Assembly: GCF_964355755.1 (NCBI RefSeq)
Contig: NC_092670.1
Coordinates: 37,002,388-37,066,387, forward strand
Length of the DNA: 64,000 nt
Direction of reading: 5' to 3'
Origin: Antedon mediterranea
Lineage: Eukaryota; Animalia; Echinodermata
The translations under genes were made by a program, and so were the position numbers. A model generated the notes under the pieces. It saw nothing but the letters and a program-made list of their open reading frames with translations. It was not told the origin of the DNA and searched no databases. How positions within the stretch are numbered: position 1 is the stretch's first letter; each line of letters begins with the position of its first letter. Of the stretch, positions 38,760-52,729 are shown in pieces.

Positions 38760-39943
38760 GTGGTTTTGGTATATTTTTATAATACGCATGGGATTAGATT
38801 CACTGGTATATGGGTTTTGGTATATTTTTATAATACGCATGGGATTAGATCCACTGGTATATGGGTTTTGGTATATTTTTATAATACGCATATGATTAGA
38901 TCCACTGGTATATGGGTTTTGGTATATTTTTATAATACGCATGGGATTAGATCCACTGGTATATGGGTTTTGGTATATTTTTATAATACGCATGGGATTA
39001 GATCCACTGGTGTATGGGTTTTGGTATATTTTTATAATACACATGGGATTAGATCCACTGGTATATGGGTTTTGGTATATTTTTATAATACGCATGGGAT
39101 TAGATTCACTGGTATATGGGTTTTGGTATATTTTTATAATACGCATGGGATTAGATCCGCTGGTATATGGGTTTTGGTATATTTTTATAATACGCAGGGG
39201 ATTAGATCCGCTGGTATATGGGTTTTGGTATTTTTTATAATACGCATGGGATTAGATCCACTGGTGTATGGGTTTTGGTATATTTTTATAATACGCATGG
39301 GATTAGATCCACTGGTATATGGGTTTTGGTATTTTTTTATAATACGCATGGGATTAGATCCACTGGTGTATGGGTTTTGGTATATTTTTATAATACGCAT
39401 GGGATTAGATCCACTGGTGTATGGGTTTTGGTATATTTTTATAATACGCATGGGATTAGATCCACTGGTATATGGGTTTTGGTATATTTTTATAATACGC
39501 ATGGGATTAGATCCACTGGTGTATGGGTTTTGGTATATTTTTATAATACGCATGGGATTAGATCCACTGGTATATGGGTTTTGGTATATTTTTATAATAC
39601 GCATGGGATTAGATCCACTGGTGTATGGGTTTTGGTATATTTTTATAATACGCATGGGATTAGATCCACTGGTATATGGGTTTTGGTATATTTTTATAAT
39701 ACGCATGGGATTAGATCCACTGGTGTATGGGTTTTGGTATATTTTTATAATACGCATGGGATTACATCCACTGGTATGTGGGTTTTGGTATATTTTTATA
39801 ATACGCATGGGATTAGATCCACTGGTATATGGGTTTTGGTATATTTTTATAATACGCATGAGATTAGATCCACTGGTATATGGATTTTGGTATATTTTTA
39901 TAATACGCATGGGATTACAGTAGATCCACTGGTGTATGGGTTT
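38760..39943. repeat. 51-bp minisatellite, about 23 copies
   Basis: Unit GGGTTTTGGTATATTTTTATAATACGCATGGGATTAGATCCACTGGT(A/G)TAT; one unit near 39220-39240 is 1 bp short. Confidence 0.95.
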
Positions 39944-42890
39944 ACCCCTGAAACTACTGTAACCCCAGTTGTTTGCCTTGTTTTAAAGCAAGGCAACCAA
40001 TCTACAACCTTGTTATAGACTTTTTTTTATGTTAGTCCACCAGTCGACGTTTCGATTTTTGTCCGAAAATACAATTATAGAAATACATATGAAACGCCAT
40101 ATGTGCCAAAATATTTTTCCTTTTACTGATATTAAGTTAAAACTCGATGAAACGCAGACTGCCTTATTTAAAGTAAATATCGTAATATATAAATAGAGAC
40201 AAACCTAAGAGCTGTTTCATCAATTTAGGGAGTAGAAATGTAATGTACAGTAGGCCTATTTACTACTTTCTAGTAAGTACCGTACTTTAAAGTAACTGTA
40301 CGGGTACGTTCTTCTCTGTGAGTTGTGATTGCCACATATTGCAAAGTAGAATTGCTTTCTATGTCAATGTTTCTTTGCTCAATAACCTGCAGAACTTTTA
40401 CATTAACAGACCATGCCTATTAATTTTCAGAATAATCGATATATTGGTGACGTCACAAATTTTAATAAAATCTCGAGTTATTTTTCAATATGGGCAGAAA
40501 TATTAACTCTGTCCCTACATTTGCCAACTGTACAGTTTTTCACTCCGCTTAATTATTAAAACGTGTGGTAGTTTTTTGTATTTTTTGTTATTCGTGGAGC
40601 GAGTAAGTTTATATTTTGCAACAATTTCAGTAATATTATTTCTATGAATAATTGCGTTTAACAAGACAGAATAATAACTTTCTCATATTTCCGTAAATTC
40701 AAATAGAAGTAACTATAATTTAGGATAATTGACAATGTATCTTAAGTTCATAATTTATGTTTGTACAGTGACAGTTTTTCAAATACCTATTTATATATTT
40801 TGTTTCACCTGACTGAATTCGTTTATTTTCGCTTCCTATTCGTCGTATAATCAGGGACATTTCATTCTTACCTTGTATAATATATGCTACTGTCAAACTA
40901 ACGAGTGAACGTACAGTATTGTTTGTACTGTAAAAAGACAGAATGCCCTATTTAATGAAAAGGTAGTATTGTATACAAGGTACCCGGCATTAACATTTGT
41001 TCGCATTGTGATTAGAATACAACAAACACTGTGGTTTAAGGTTAGACCTTCCGAATATGACAAAAGAAAGAAAGATGGAGTTAAAGTTTATTCGTGAGAA
41101 TTCCTGACGGTCTTAAGTCATGGGATTTTCCAATAAATACTATAAATATTAATATTATCTGGGCTGCCATTAATTAGGTGAATGCTAAAATAGAAGTTAT
41201 TTCTATAATTTTAAATAAGTATAATATAGTTTAATTACTTTATATTACATATTGGCCATAACATTTGGACCCATAACATTTACCTATATTTACTTATTTT
41301 GTACAGGAAAAACAGTAATCATTTTGATAACGGCTATGACCGTAACAACATCACTTATTTATTTTTACTTCTTTACAGGTAGTATTTATTTTGTACATAT
41401 TTTATACATTTGTACAGTTCTAGTAATTGAGAGACACGCCCTTAAATGTCATCACTCTTCAGTGCTTCACTTCACTTACTGAATAGAATAAGATATTTAA
41501 TTTACACTCCAAATGCACTGTATTAATTTTATTAATGTTTATGAGCATTGATATAGGCCTAACTTATAACAACACAATATTTCTCTCGGTACATCTGTAC
41601 GTACTGTCAGTATGTATACTACAGTATTTGTTAAACTGTGTTTCCGACAAGTACTACAATACTCCTTTGACCATAATCTTCAACTCTCCGTAAACCACAC
41701 TAAATATTGCTAATCAATATTAATTCATCTATTTTTTTAAATAAAATATGTATAAGTATAATACAGTAGCTTATTTGTATAGGAGTAGGCCTACTAACGA
41801 ATAAAGGAAATTGTAAAGAAGGAGAGGTCAACTAAAGTAATCTGTTAAGTTTTTACATTACATTGTTCAAAGTGCAAACAATTCATTGTTTTACTGAATT
41901 ATGCTATAGAAAGTTGTACCTCACTTATTTCGTGTTTTCAAATAGGTTTAAAAAATTAAAGTACCGTCACAATGGTACCGTTTCATACAAGAATTTGGTC
42001 AATGTTTTCGAGTGAATGAACAAATCAAATAACATACAATTGTACCTGATTTTGATGATTACTGTAGTAATTAAGTTTTTTTCACTTGTCTACTTTTTAG
42101 AATTTAAGAACACATTTCAACTTAAAATACACATGCGCAATACTTGTTTGCTATTTATGCCTTTTTTCATTATTGTCATTTTTTGTATTTAAATTATCAT
42201 TTAAATCATCCAGTTAATGTCATAAACAAGATTATTATCATAATTCACCTTTAACTACTGCATTTTTAAATAATTTATTGAAATAGTAATGTAAGATATA
42301 ATTACTGGACAAATTACCTATTGACCAGGTTAGCCACTGCGAAATTTACAATGACTCTTTGTACAAATCTACCATCTTTACTAGCAAAACAAACATGGGT
42401 TTAACAGTAGTAAGGCCCTATGTGTGTCTAAGGTTCCGTATTTAAGTACGGTGCTGAGCAATATAAACATGGCCTATAGTATATATTATGTACTGGTAGT
42501 GTAGTGTTAGTACGTGTATGGTATAGTATGAAGAAAATATTATTTCTTCATTTAGAATTGTGACGAATGCTGGTCATTTAGGCTTATTTTAGCGTAGTAA
42601 GAAACTACAGCAGTGAGACTACTAAGCAGTAGGCCTACAATTTCCATAAAAATGAATTGAATCTCTAAATATAAGTATAACGACGAAAATAGCTCAATAT
42701 TAAAGAATCTATTGAAGATTTTACTGAAGGTGGTATACTGTACCAAGTAGTTAAGCACTGTGAATAGTCACTGATTGTTATACCGTATCATGTATTTGGT
42801 CTTTGCGGAAAATATGTGGTTGTGTGTGATATTCGCGCCAAAATGCTACTGTATGTTAACAATGTTATTGAAATATATATTTGAAATATA

Positions 42891-43168
42891 TATTTATACT
42901 GGGTAACCTCTTCAGTCAAAGACTGGTCTCCCAGAGGGCCCAGTTGGTGGTCAGTGGCTGTGATGTACTAATGCACCGGGGTAACCCCCTACTCGTCTCG
43001 AAAGATGTACTAGGTTCTTTAAAGTGCACACGAGCTAGATGTGTACATTGGACCTACGGTTTATAGTCCTTATCCGAGAAGACCTAACCCTAACCATGGA
43101 GTGAGTGAGCCTCGAACCCCTGCCGATGTTATGGCTACGTACGGTTCCACTCGGCCACTCACTCACTC
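42891..43168 (-). mobile_element. tRNA-derived Deu/Nin-like SINE (copy 2)
   Basis: Collinear with 27888-28200; deletion within the A-box region. Confidence 0.75.
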
Positions 43169-43302
43169 ACTATACTATCACAATTGTTGGAGTTACAGTA
43201 AATGCCAGCGGAATTCCATTTGTTGATTCTTGATTGCAAACCCACGCGTCCTAACCACCAATTTACTCAACTCTAATCAAATTCGTTTATACACCTACAG
43301 TA

Positions 43303-43420
43303 CAGTGTCGTAACAGCTATGAGCGCTCACTGGCTAAACCCAGGGGTCCCTAAGCAATGCCCAGATGAAAAAAAACTCATTAAAATGTGTGGGACATCGG
43401 GCCTCTACGTTACGTCACTG
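43303..43420. mobile_element. hAT-like short MITE
   Basis: TIRs CAGTGTCGTAAC / GTTACGTCACTG; similar ends at 59105-59274. TSD not preserved. Confidence 0.5.
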
Positions 43421-43563
43421 ACTGGTAGGCTACAGTACAGTCACTTCTACAGTACTTCACATAAACATTTCCCATTCTGTTAAATCAACCACATTGAAAA
43501 TAGTTTAGGGTCTCTAAAGGTCTAACTACAATACTGTATTACTTTCTATATATTTGTTTTTAA

Positions 43564-43767
43564 AGCCTGTTTTCCTGTCGACGTTATTCGACGCTATCGT
43601 CGTTGATCGTTAACAGTTCAACGACGATCGTTTGAAAACGATCAAGTTGAAATGATAACGATAGCGAGTACCTTTTCCTGTAAATCGTTAACATTTCAAT
43701 GTTTACGTAGAAGATCGCTGATTATTATTAACGATAGCGTCGAATAACGTCGACAGGAAAACAGGCT
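43564..43767. mobile_element. PIF/Harbinger-like MITE with perfect 37-bp TIRs
   Basis: AGCCTGTTTTCCTGTCGACGTTATTCGACGCTATCGT and its exact reverse complement; TAA on both flanks. Confidence 0.9.
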
Positions 43768-45437
43768 TAAACTTACCTCCTACTGTATTTACAATCAACG
43801 GTCCTAACCGATAGGCCCTAATTAATAGGCCCAAATGCAGACAGAATGGTTGAAATACTCATCTTCCCATAAAAACCTGAGTATTTGACAGACAGTATTT
43901 GATTACAGAGAGGGATTTACGTCATCGGTATCAACATTTAAAACTTAATTACAAAATTATCGCCGTCTCATTATTATTATGCTGCAGTTTAATGTGTTTT
44001 TTAACAGGATGTACTGTACTATGATGTTCTATCTTAAACAAAGAGATAAGGTAATGTATTCTGTAGCTACAACAGGCGTACTCATCTAAAAATAATTAAT
44101 TAACAATGTAAGAATATTTTAAAAGATTAACTTCAGCTTAAAGATATTATAATATCTACCATGGTTACGGGCATGAATTTTAGATATATAGTATTTGGTT
44201 AAATGTACATAAATTTTAAAATGTGTAACAGAAATCACGACGAAAAAAAATGAATTTCTCTTAAAATGGTTACATAAAAAAAAATTGACAAAATTCTGTT
44301 ATAAACACCATTTATCTTTTTTAGTAGTTTTAATGAATGAGCTGCTTGCATTTATTGTGAAATATATAAAAATATTTAAAACTTGTTGTTTGTACACAGA
44401 CAAAGCTCTTAAGATTAAAGATAAAAAAATAAAAAACACAATGAAAAAAAATCAATACCGATGTTACCACATCAGGTGACTCCCTACCATTTATCAACAC
44501 AGAAGCAAAAATCCAAAATCGATGTCGATGATGATGAAATTGAATGTGTATGATTGTAAATCTGGACCAGGCCTTAAACCACTCGTCAGACCACCGAATA
44601 TGCTAGTATCTTGAAGATTTGTTCATCTTTCCTGCTTTGCATTTATTTACGTTATTAGGCCTATCACATAATAATATTTTATAAACTAGAACAAACTATT
44701 ATTCTTGAAAAAATATGACAATAGTTACTCTTCCTATAGGCCTATTACTGTATCTTTGGTGGTATTACCTAATTAACCGCAAAAACACAGGTGACTAATG
44801 AACAATCTGACGTAAGACATCCAAGGGTAAACTGAAAGGCGAGGGAAGAACGATGAATTGTTTTCTAAAACCTACATATGATGACGTATGTATTGTCTGC
44901 AATTAATGTTATTGTTCTACGGTTCTTTGGATATTATTAGTATTGTATTACGGTGCACCACTATGTTCATAGGCGTGTCGTTTTTTAGAAGATAAATATT
45001 TCATAACAATGTATAGGCTACATGGTTGTTATTATATTTAACTACTGTGGAGTAGAATCCCACCCGAGAATGACTTATTAAAGTACAAATTTCGTCAGAG
45101 TAGGGCAAAACATCTGGCCAATTTATACATGCAAATCAACCATGACAAAGTGTCATATTGGCTAACTCATAAACAAAATACTCATTTATAATAAGTTTGA
45201 GTTAAAATGATGAGAATATCACGGTATTTGAAGGTAGTTTGCTTATTCATCAAATGGCTTACAATTTTGAATTTAACTCGAAAGTTGGCCTACAGTAATA
45301 TGATAATAATGAAACTTAAAATGCTCATCCCTAAAATGACAGGAAGATGTACAGTAGCAGAATCACTCTCACAATCACGTACTGTATTTCATTGTAAACA
45401 CAAACTAGATTAGTAAAAACCCGTGGATTAAATTTAA

Positions 45438-45819
45438 AAATATTGTAAGGGATACGAACACACTAGGTTGTAAGTTTATTTTAGAATTTCATTGGTTTTT
45501 ATTTTCAATCTTTCTACATAACAAAAAAAAAGACATATAAGTATAGCAGGGGAGTAGCGGAAAACCAAAAGTAATAAAACTGTCATCCTGTGATGTGCTT
45601 GACTAGCCCCTGTTAGGGCTATATATTGTTAGGGCTAAATATTGTAAGGGATACGAACACACTAGGTTGTAAGTTTATTTTAGAATTTCATTGGTTTTTA
45701 TTTTCAATCTTTCTACATAACAAAAAAAAAGACATATAAGTATAGCAGGGGAGTAGCGGAAAACCAAAAGTAATAAAACTGTCATCCTGTGATGTGCTTG
45801 ACTAGCCCCTGTTAGGGCT
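45438..45819. repeat. Perfect tandem duplication of 183 bp (period 199 bp)
   Basis: 45438-45620 equals 45637-45819, separated by ATATATTGTTAGGGCT. Confidence 0.9.
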
Positions 45820-48095
45820 TACATTTAAAGATACATTAAACAAATATTGTTGTTGTTGAATATACCATTTTAATGACACATAATAGTTATTCAATTTGAC
45901 CAAAAACTAATAGACAAGTTATTGTCAACATTAATTTTGTGTTGAGAATCTAAAACGGTTTGTGGATATGTGTTGCTGTGTCGGATGTAAGCTACTATAG
46001 TGTATGTAGGCCTAATGGGGTGAGCCTTGCATAATTGAGTCTAATTTCTAAAGTGTAAATTTTTTAAACATCATCTAGATATTTCACCGATGACTCTGCT
46101 GGCCTTATTTAGATATACAATATTTTATGAATTTTACTTTTGCTGTTATGATAATAAAGATATGAGAGAACCAAATAATTATACCATAATAAATAATTGA
46201 TTGGACAACAGAGAAGTAAAACATATTAAAGATGTGAGCTATCATTAAACCGTTTCAGTAGTAGGCCTTTAAGTTTAACTTCTCTTATACTTAACCCAGG
46301 TTCTCTTTGTAACAGTCAGAAGAGTGAAATTGTCTTCCCTGGTAACATTATAAACAAAAAAGTTCTGCTGTTGAAACTAATGTGTCCAATCTGTTCTTTT
46401 ATATTATTACATGGACGACTTCCATGAAGAAGAAATTCGTTTAGGAAATATTTTGGATATGTTATTAATTAGTCTGAAACCCAAAACAAAATAATTCAGG
46501 TGCTATAAACTTACAGTATCTTTGGCCATCTGAAATGCATTTGAATCATTGCGGTTTGTCTATACAAACTTCAATGAAGGCTTAGCAGTATTATAATGGT
46601 GGTTATTGTTTAATATACTTTTCTGTATTATACAAAACTTCGTAGTCCTGTTATTCATACGTAGTTTTATTTTACAAAATATAATTATATATAAAAGTAT
46701 CTTACCTTAAATTTTGGAAATAATTATAATGCTCAGCAAACTCCGGACACAAAATTCATTTTTTGTAGGCCTAGATGTCAGTTTTTTACGAACATAATTC
46801 CGGGTATAATATCCATAACACGGGTCATAAAATGGGCGACTGTCACCTTCTTTCGTGTGACTCACTGGAACAATATGGCTAGCAATTATTTCTTATGCAA
46901 ATCTTAAGTGTATTGTTCGCGGGTCTTTTAGGGTGCAGTCGAGTGGGACGTTGGACAATGCAGGTGCTATCAACCAGCTCAAAAGGGTTTCGTCTATTAG
47001 GATCAAGTATGTTTAAACTAAATGCACTGGATATCATGGCTGAACGAACGCATGCAGAATAAAAGCACTAGGAAAATATAAACAACTCAGAACATCATCA
47101 CTAAGTTACACAGAAAGTTTCAAATCTGGAACTGAGGAATAACGAATAATGGGTCTATATTTTTATTACGATATTTCAGGACAACGTAGATTATGAGTGA
47201 AACTCTTTCTACGGGAAATTTATGGATTTTAAATTCGTAATTTGAGAAGACATGGCATTCTGTAACTTTAGATTCTTTCTGGACCAAGCCCTCATAATTA
47301 GTTTGAAAATTTGACGTAAATCGACTTTTCGATTGGATCCGAGAGTTTAAGAGGGGGCGCTTTAAAAAACGTCATTTTTGTTCAAACACATTATTTTTCG
47401 AAGTTCTTTTAGTTAGTGAAAATATTATCAACGTTTGTTATTGCTATTATGCTTGTATCGCCTACTATTGTGTGCCATGTTGGACACTGTTATCCCCAGT
47501 TATCAATAAAGAAATAAATAATAATAGCCATGAAGAGATCATGGGAAATGCATTTCTGCTGTGATTGTAACACTTAAAATAATAGTCAACATGTTTTCAT
47601 TTGACCAAGTCACGTGGTTTCTATCATCTTGCATGGTGCTGAACATAGGATGAATCAGTAAATTTCAAACTGTTGAGTAGAACTTTAAAAAAAATTAACA
47701 TTAAAGCAATTATTTTATTGATATATAAATACAGTTTTTATTAGATAAATTAGCATATTCTATAACTATAATTACAATAATATATAAAACATTGAAAATA
47801 CTGCAAGGCAAATTTGGCTATAGGCCTACGTGCATAATACCGCTTATTTTGTCAAATAATAACGTTGGTAAAGTATGTTTTAAGCATGGCAAGTTCATTT
47901 CTCCATAGTTTAAGCAAGTACATTATTCGTTTTTAAGGCTGGACACACAACAGTCTATTTAAAATATTTATTATATAGAGGGCATCACTGATTAATGATA
48001 TAAAAAAATCAGTTTCGTTCAAAAATTCCTGAGAAACAATAACACAATGTTGGTTACACCTTGACATAGGCCTAAGTAATATATGTTGTTGAAAT

Positions 48096-51000
48096 TCAAA
48101 ATGTGTTGAGACAGAAAGTTGCCAATCTATTTGCATCTTGAGGGCTCATACCAAGCTTAGTCTCGTATTCAGCCACTTTCATAGTCTTCAGTTTTGCTCC
48201 ATCGATTCCTTCGATAGCGACGGTTGGTGAATATGAGCCTAATTTGATAAGCGTCAGCATATCAATAACTTGGTTTACATTTAACGCCTCTAACGATCGT
48301 GGAATGTCCTGGATTTTCGATATTCGTTTTTCTTTCTTGTCTTTTTTGATTTTGTCTTTCTTCTTTTTAATTTTCACTTTCTTCCCCTTTTCATTGACGT
48401 CATATTCAATACCGGGTGTGAAAACACCTTCATTCCTTTCTTTGCTTCTTGTATCCACTCGAAAAGCTCCTGTACTAACTTTCATTAAATTTGAGCTTCT
48501 AAAAAGACCTGGATATTTATCGTCTTCCATTTGGCGTTCAAAATCAGTATTGATATTTCCTAAGCTTGGAGAATCAACATCTTCTGCCACATCTTCTTTA
48601 CAATGAGCTCTGAAACTGCTTGGTATGCTATTTCGTTTGCCAGACTTCTTGTAAGAAACTTTGTCAATGTTAGATGTTGAAGCCACCGATGACGCAGATG
48701 ATGTTGTAGAAACAACAGATGCAGAACCAGAACTGCCATTCCACGGTTTACTTTCAAAGTTGCCTGATTGCAACTTTGATTCAGACATGAACACAATGTT
48801 ATCTTGCATATAAGAAGGTCTAGGGCTGGTAAAATGTTTTGGAATATATTCACGGAATTTAAATTCATCATTTCCATGATTCTGTGACCAAGTACCATCA
48901 ATAATTGTTTCTAAATGTGGAATTTCTCTTCTGATTTCTGGAGAGTGAACGTCGGCGAATGTTTCGACAGAGTTGGGGTCACAAACGTGGATTGTCAATG
49001 TCCTATCAGGTATTGTACTTCTGACGTTAAAGTTTTTGGTGTCTTTTCTTTGGTAATACACTGCGATATCTGAAAGAACATAAAAACGAAACAGCGTTAC
49101 CATTTACATTTCTTTAGTAAGTTACTAAGTTCAAAGTTCATTCATGGAATTTCAACTAGAAAAGAATGATATTTTTCTTTCAAATGCCTAGTATACACTA
49201 GCGAACCAAACTTCTATTTGTAACCTCGGGTTTGTTCTTGCAAAATGAAGTGGTAGATACTCTATATTTCTGCAAACTTTCTCAATTTGAATCAACTTTA
49301 GGAAAACCTTTCTTGTCAAACTCAGAGTTTTGATAGACTTGTTTTATTTATTGGTTCTGAGAGTTACATTACATTTTAGTTTGACAAAATACTGTATTCC
49401 GCTTTGGTGTGCCACTTGCCAGTGATTCGTTTCGCGTTTTAGTGAACCCGTCATACGAATGTTTAGACTCTTTTTTTACGTTCTTTCAGTATTATGCATT
49501 TGTTTATCTTTCTTTGAAGAAATAAATGAAATGAAATAATCCTAATAAAACTATTTGATATAATTACCGATGACATCAGTCTGCTCTCAATTAAACTTAC
49601 GTTGATTTCCTGTATCTTGATTATAATCGATTTTTTCCTCAACAACGGAGTCAAGATCATCACACATCGTTTTGAACAAGTTCCGTGTGTCATCTCCTAA
49701 CAGACCCTCTGCAATAGTGAACTCTAATCTAAGATACGCTGTAATGTCTATTATATCATTGTCAAGAACACCTATGGGAAAAAGCATAGTTATAATATTA
49801 TAATGAAATATTAAAGTCTTTGTTGAGATGTTTTAACTTTGGTTGATAACCAAACTAAAGGCTTGTAATAATCTGTAATCTGTCAATTGTAGGTAAACTT
49901 AGAGGTTTATTTTAAGATTATTGAACATTAGTAGTAGCTATTATTCGATGGATTGTTTTGGATGATGTAATAAGATTGAAACTGTGCTGCCAATGTTGTT
50001 TGTTAGCTTGTTGTCTTCAGAACAAGAAATAAACAAATTTGTTATAATTATTTGTTAGTAATTTACATCAACTTACTGAAGTTAATAGCATTTCCTTGTA
50101 GATATGGTTCGTCGTAGATTTCCTCAATTACCATTGTTCCAAAATCTTCATCGATCATTACCTGATTGTCAACATGATATTCTAACTTCATGTGTCTGGA
50201 AAACTGAACTTTGACCGGGAGTACATGATCACATAATATTTCGTCTAGTGTGCGTGGTCTAGTTTCTGCATGACGTAGAAATATTTGTATTAATTGTTAT
50301 CATTGTATATCATCTTATACTGTCTTTTTTTTTTTATGGTTTTGAGCATCTTTCAATTTCCCTAATCATACTAATCGTCATCATCTTCTTAAGCTCTGTC
50401 TACACTTTAAAATTATTTTGACACAAAAAAAAGATGTGATGTGCCTAAATACGGTTTTGATTTGCCCAAATATGGTACTGACATGAGTTAATATAATGGG
50501 CACATCACATTAGGTTTGATTGTTTAGACAGAGACTTTATTGCCATTATCAATATCCATACCTCGTCTGACAGGTACGAGTTCAAACGGGATGCTGTAAT
50601 CACGTGGTATACTTATACGTCGACCTCTTCGTTCTTCAACTGCTATTACTCTTTTTTGAGTTTGTTTTCTATGTATCCGTACAATCTATAAAACATTTTA
50701 TACAAAATAAAACAATCAGTATGATCTAGAAATGGTTATTAATATCCATATGTAGGAATGTTTCATGTAGATAATTTTTTAATATTTAAATAACATCGCA
50801 ATCGCTGTTGGAAATATATGTGTCCCATAATCACCAACAACAAAAAATGTTTGTAAATGTTTGCATGGCTTCTCCGTGATGTTGGTATCAGGAAGTTGAA
50901 AGTGTTTCCTTGTTGGTACGTAGGCCTACGAAGTCTCTAGTACAGAACAAACAATTCAGACGTTGAAAAGAACTATTGTTATTATGTTTACAGAGCAATT

Positions 51001-51372
51001 ACTATAGATACATATAGAAATATTGGTTTTCGTCAGGGATGTTAACAGAAATAGTATATAGTTACAGGTCTATTTTTCCAATTGGTGAGCCACCGGCCTT
51101 AAAAACCCTGAATAGCGGTCTGACAGGCTTAAATAATTGAAGGCAAACCCATTTCTACGATTTAACCATTATCATTACCCTAATAAACAAAACTTGCTAA
51201 CCTGTCCCATTCCAAGCGAGTCAGTATCTTCAGATCCATAGTGTCCCCTCACTACCTGTACGATAAGGGGAAACTTATACGAATTAAGCAATTCGTTGAG
51301 CGTATAGGCTCTCTTCGACCAGGCTATGTTGTCCATTTCATCAACCGTATAGACACCGTATGTGGCCAGCAT
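48096..51372 (-). CDS. GAREM-like CABIT + SAM protein (about 542 aa; paralogue B)
   Basis: Exons 51372-51202 (alternative ATG at 51336), 50685-50562, 50265-50077, 49771-49601, 49069-48096 (GT-AG; phases 0,1,1,1; 1629 nt). Exon-by-exon similarity to paralogue A (NIAWS...YKFPLI; IVRIH...ISIP..Y; LP..V.F...Y.E.YLQGNAIN; LE..IAE). C-terminal SAM-like IPRSLEALNVNQVIDMLTLIKL...IDGAKL...LGMS. Confidence 0.88.
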
Positions 51373-52729
51373 AATAACTCCGTTTCGTTTCGTTGGTTTA
51401 GATATAAAAGAAGTCACGCCTGACTGTTTTCCTTTGAAAAGAAGAAAAAGAAATTCGCTGACAATATTTCTCTATTTATAATGGTTCAACCATACTATTA
51501 TCTAGACTTACTATACACAATATTTTTAGACTATGAAATAGTAATATTGACATTACTTACTTTTCAACGTATTGTATTAAGCTCTGTTAACGCTATCAAA
51601 CTGTGACAAAACAGTTGATGTGCCCATCTATGGACATGATGATGTCATATTGATATTTATATTCATTTAATTTCAAGCACGACACACGAAAGTAAAATTG
51701 TAACATTGTAAAACAAAGAAATAAAACAGGGACAACCACAAAACAAGCAAAATAGCTTTTACAACTAGTGGTGCTCTAATAAAGAAAACCAAAAAAATAA
51801 ATATATATAACCATATTTGGGCATATCACCACCATATTTTTTGGCGTTGTCATTTTATATTCATGTAATAACCTTATAAATATTAACACTGAGGAAATAT
51901 TTCGTCCATGATAATAATAATAACTCTAATAATAACATTATGTGATAAATAAAGCACTTGTTGTCAACCAATCTCATATTTAATATAGGTTGACATAATC
52001 AATAAATTCAATATTGAAATGTATAATATACCATAGCGTGTTCACTGAGATGATTGTCAAATTAAATACACCATTGTGGTTTTAATACAGTTCTATTCTT
52101 AGTACACTCAGGCGACCAAGAAGAAAAATTAATGTTCGATCCTCCTAAACCAGCTATTGCTGAATAGAGTAGCTCTAATTACTTAGGCGAAGAAAGCTGT
52201 CAAACCATTAATTCACCCCGCCCAACCATAATCGGATTTGTATAATACCCCCATGAATATTTTTTTAATTAACCCACAATTTTGTTTCCGCTGTCGGTTG
52301 ATTTGTGTTTATTTAATTATAATCCTAAATTCATGTAAATATATTTGTCATTAATTTATTTTAAATGAATTTAAATAAACAAAAATTGATATCCGAAATT
52401 TGGTTTGACGGGCAATAGGCACCTACTGTGACGTATTTTTGGTAGTACGCATGTACAGTATAGTTACTTAATATTAAGAGTTAAATGTAGACAGTTTTGA
52501 TATACTATTATATATATATATATCTCAGTATTTCAGTATCAATAATAACCTATAGTTATTTTTCATATTAAATATAACAATAGTAGACTGAACGTACTAA
52601 AAGTGGGTCTGTTAATAACTCAGTCTACCCTAATCAATTGAAAACAAAAAGTAATAAAAACAATAAATAAATAAATAAATAAATAAATAGATAAATAAAT
52701 AAATAAATATAGCCAATTAATCCAGAACC

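Noticed and set aside
38748-40018. Repetitive ORFs of up to 387 aa on both strands
   Set aside because: The 51-bp unit is a multiple of 3, several frames are open on both strands, and a 1-bp deletion breaks the frame mid-array.
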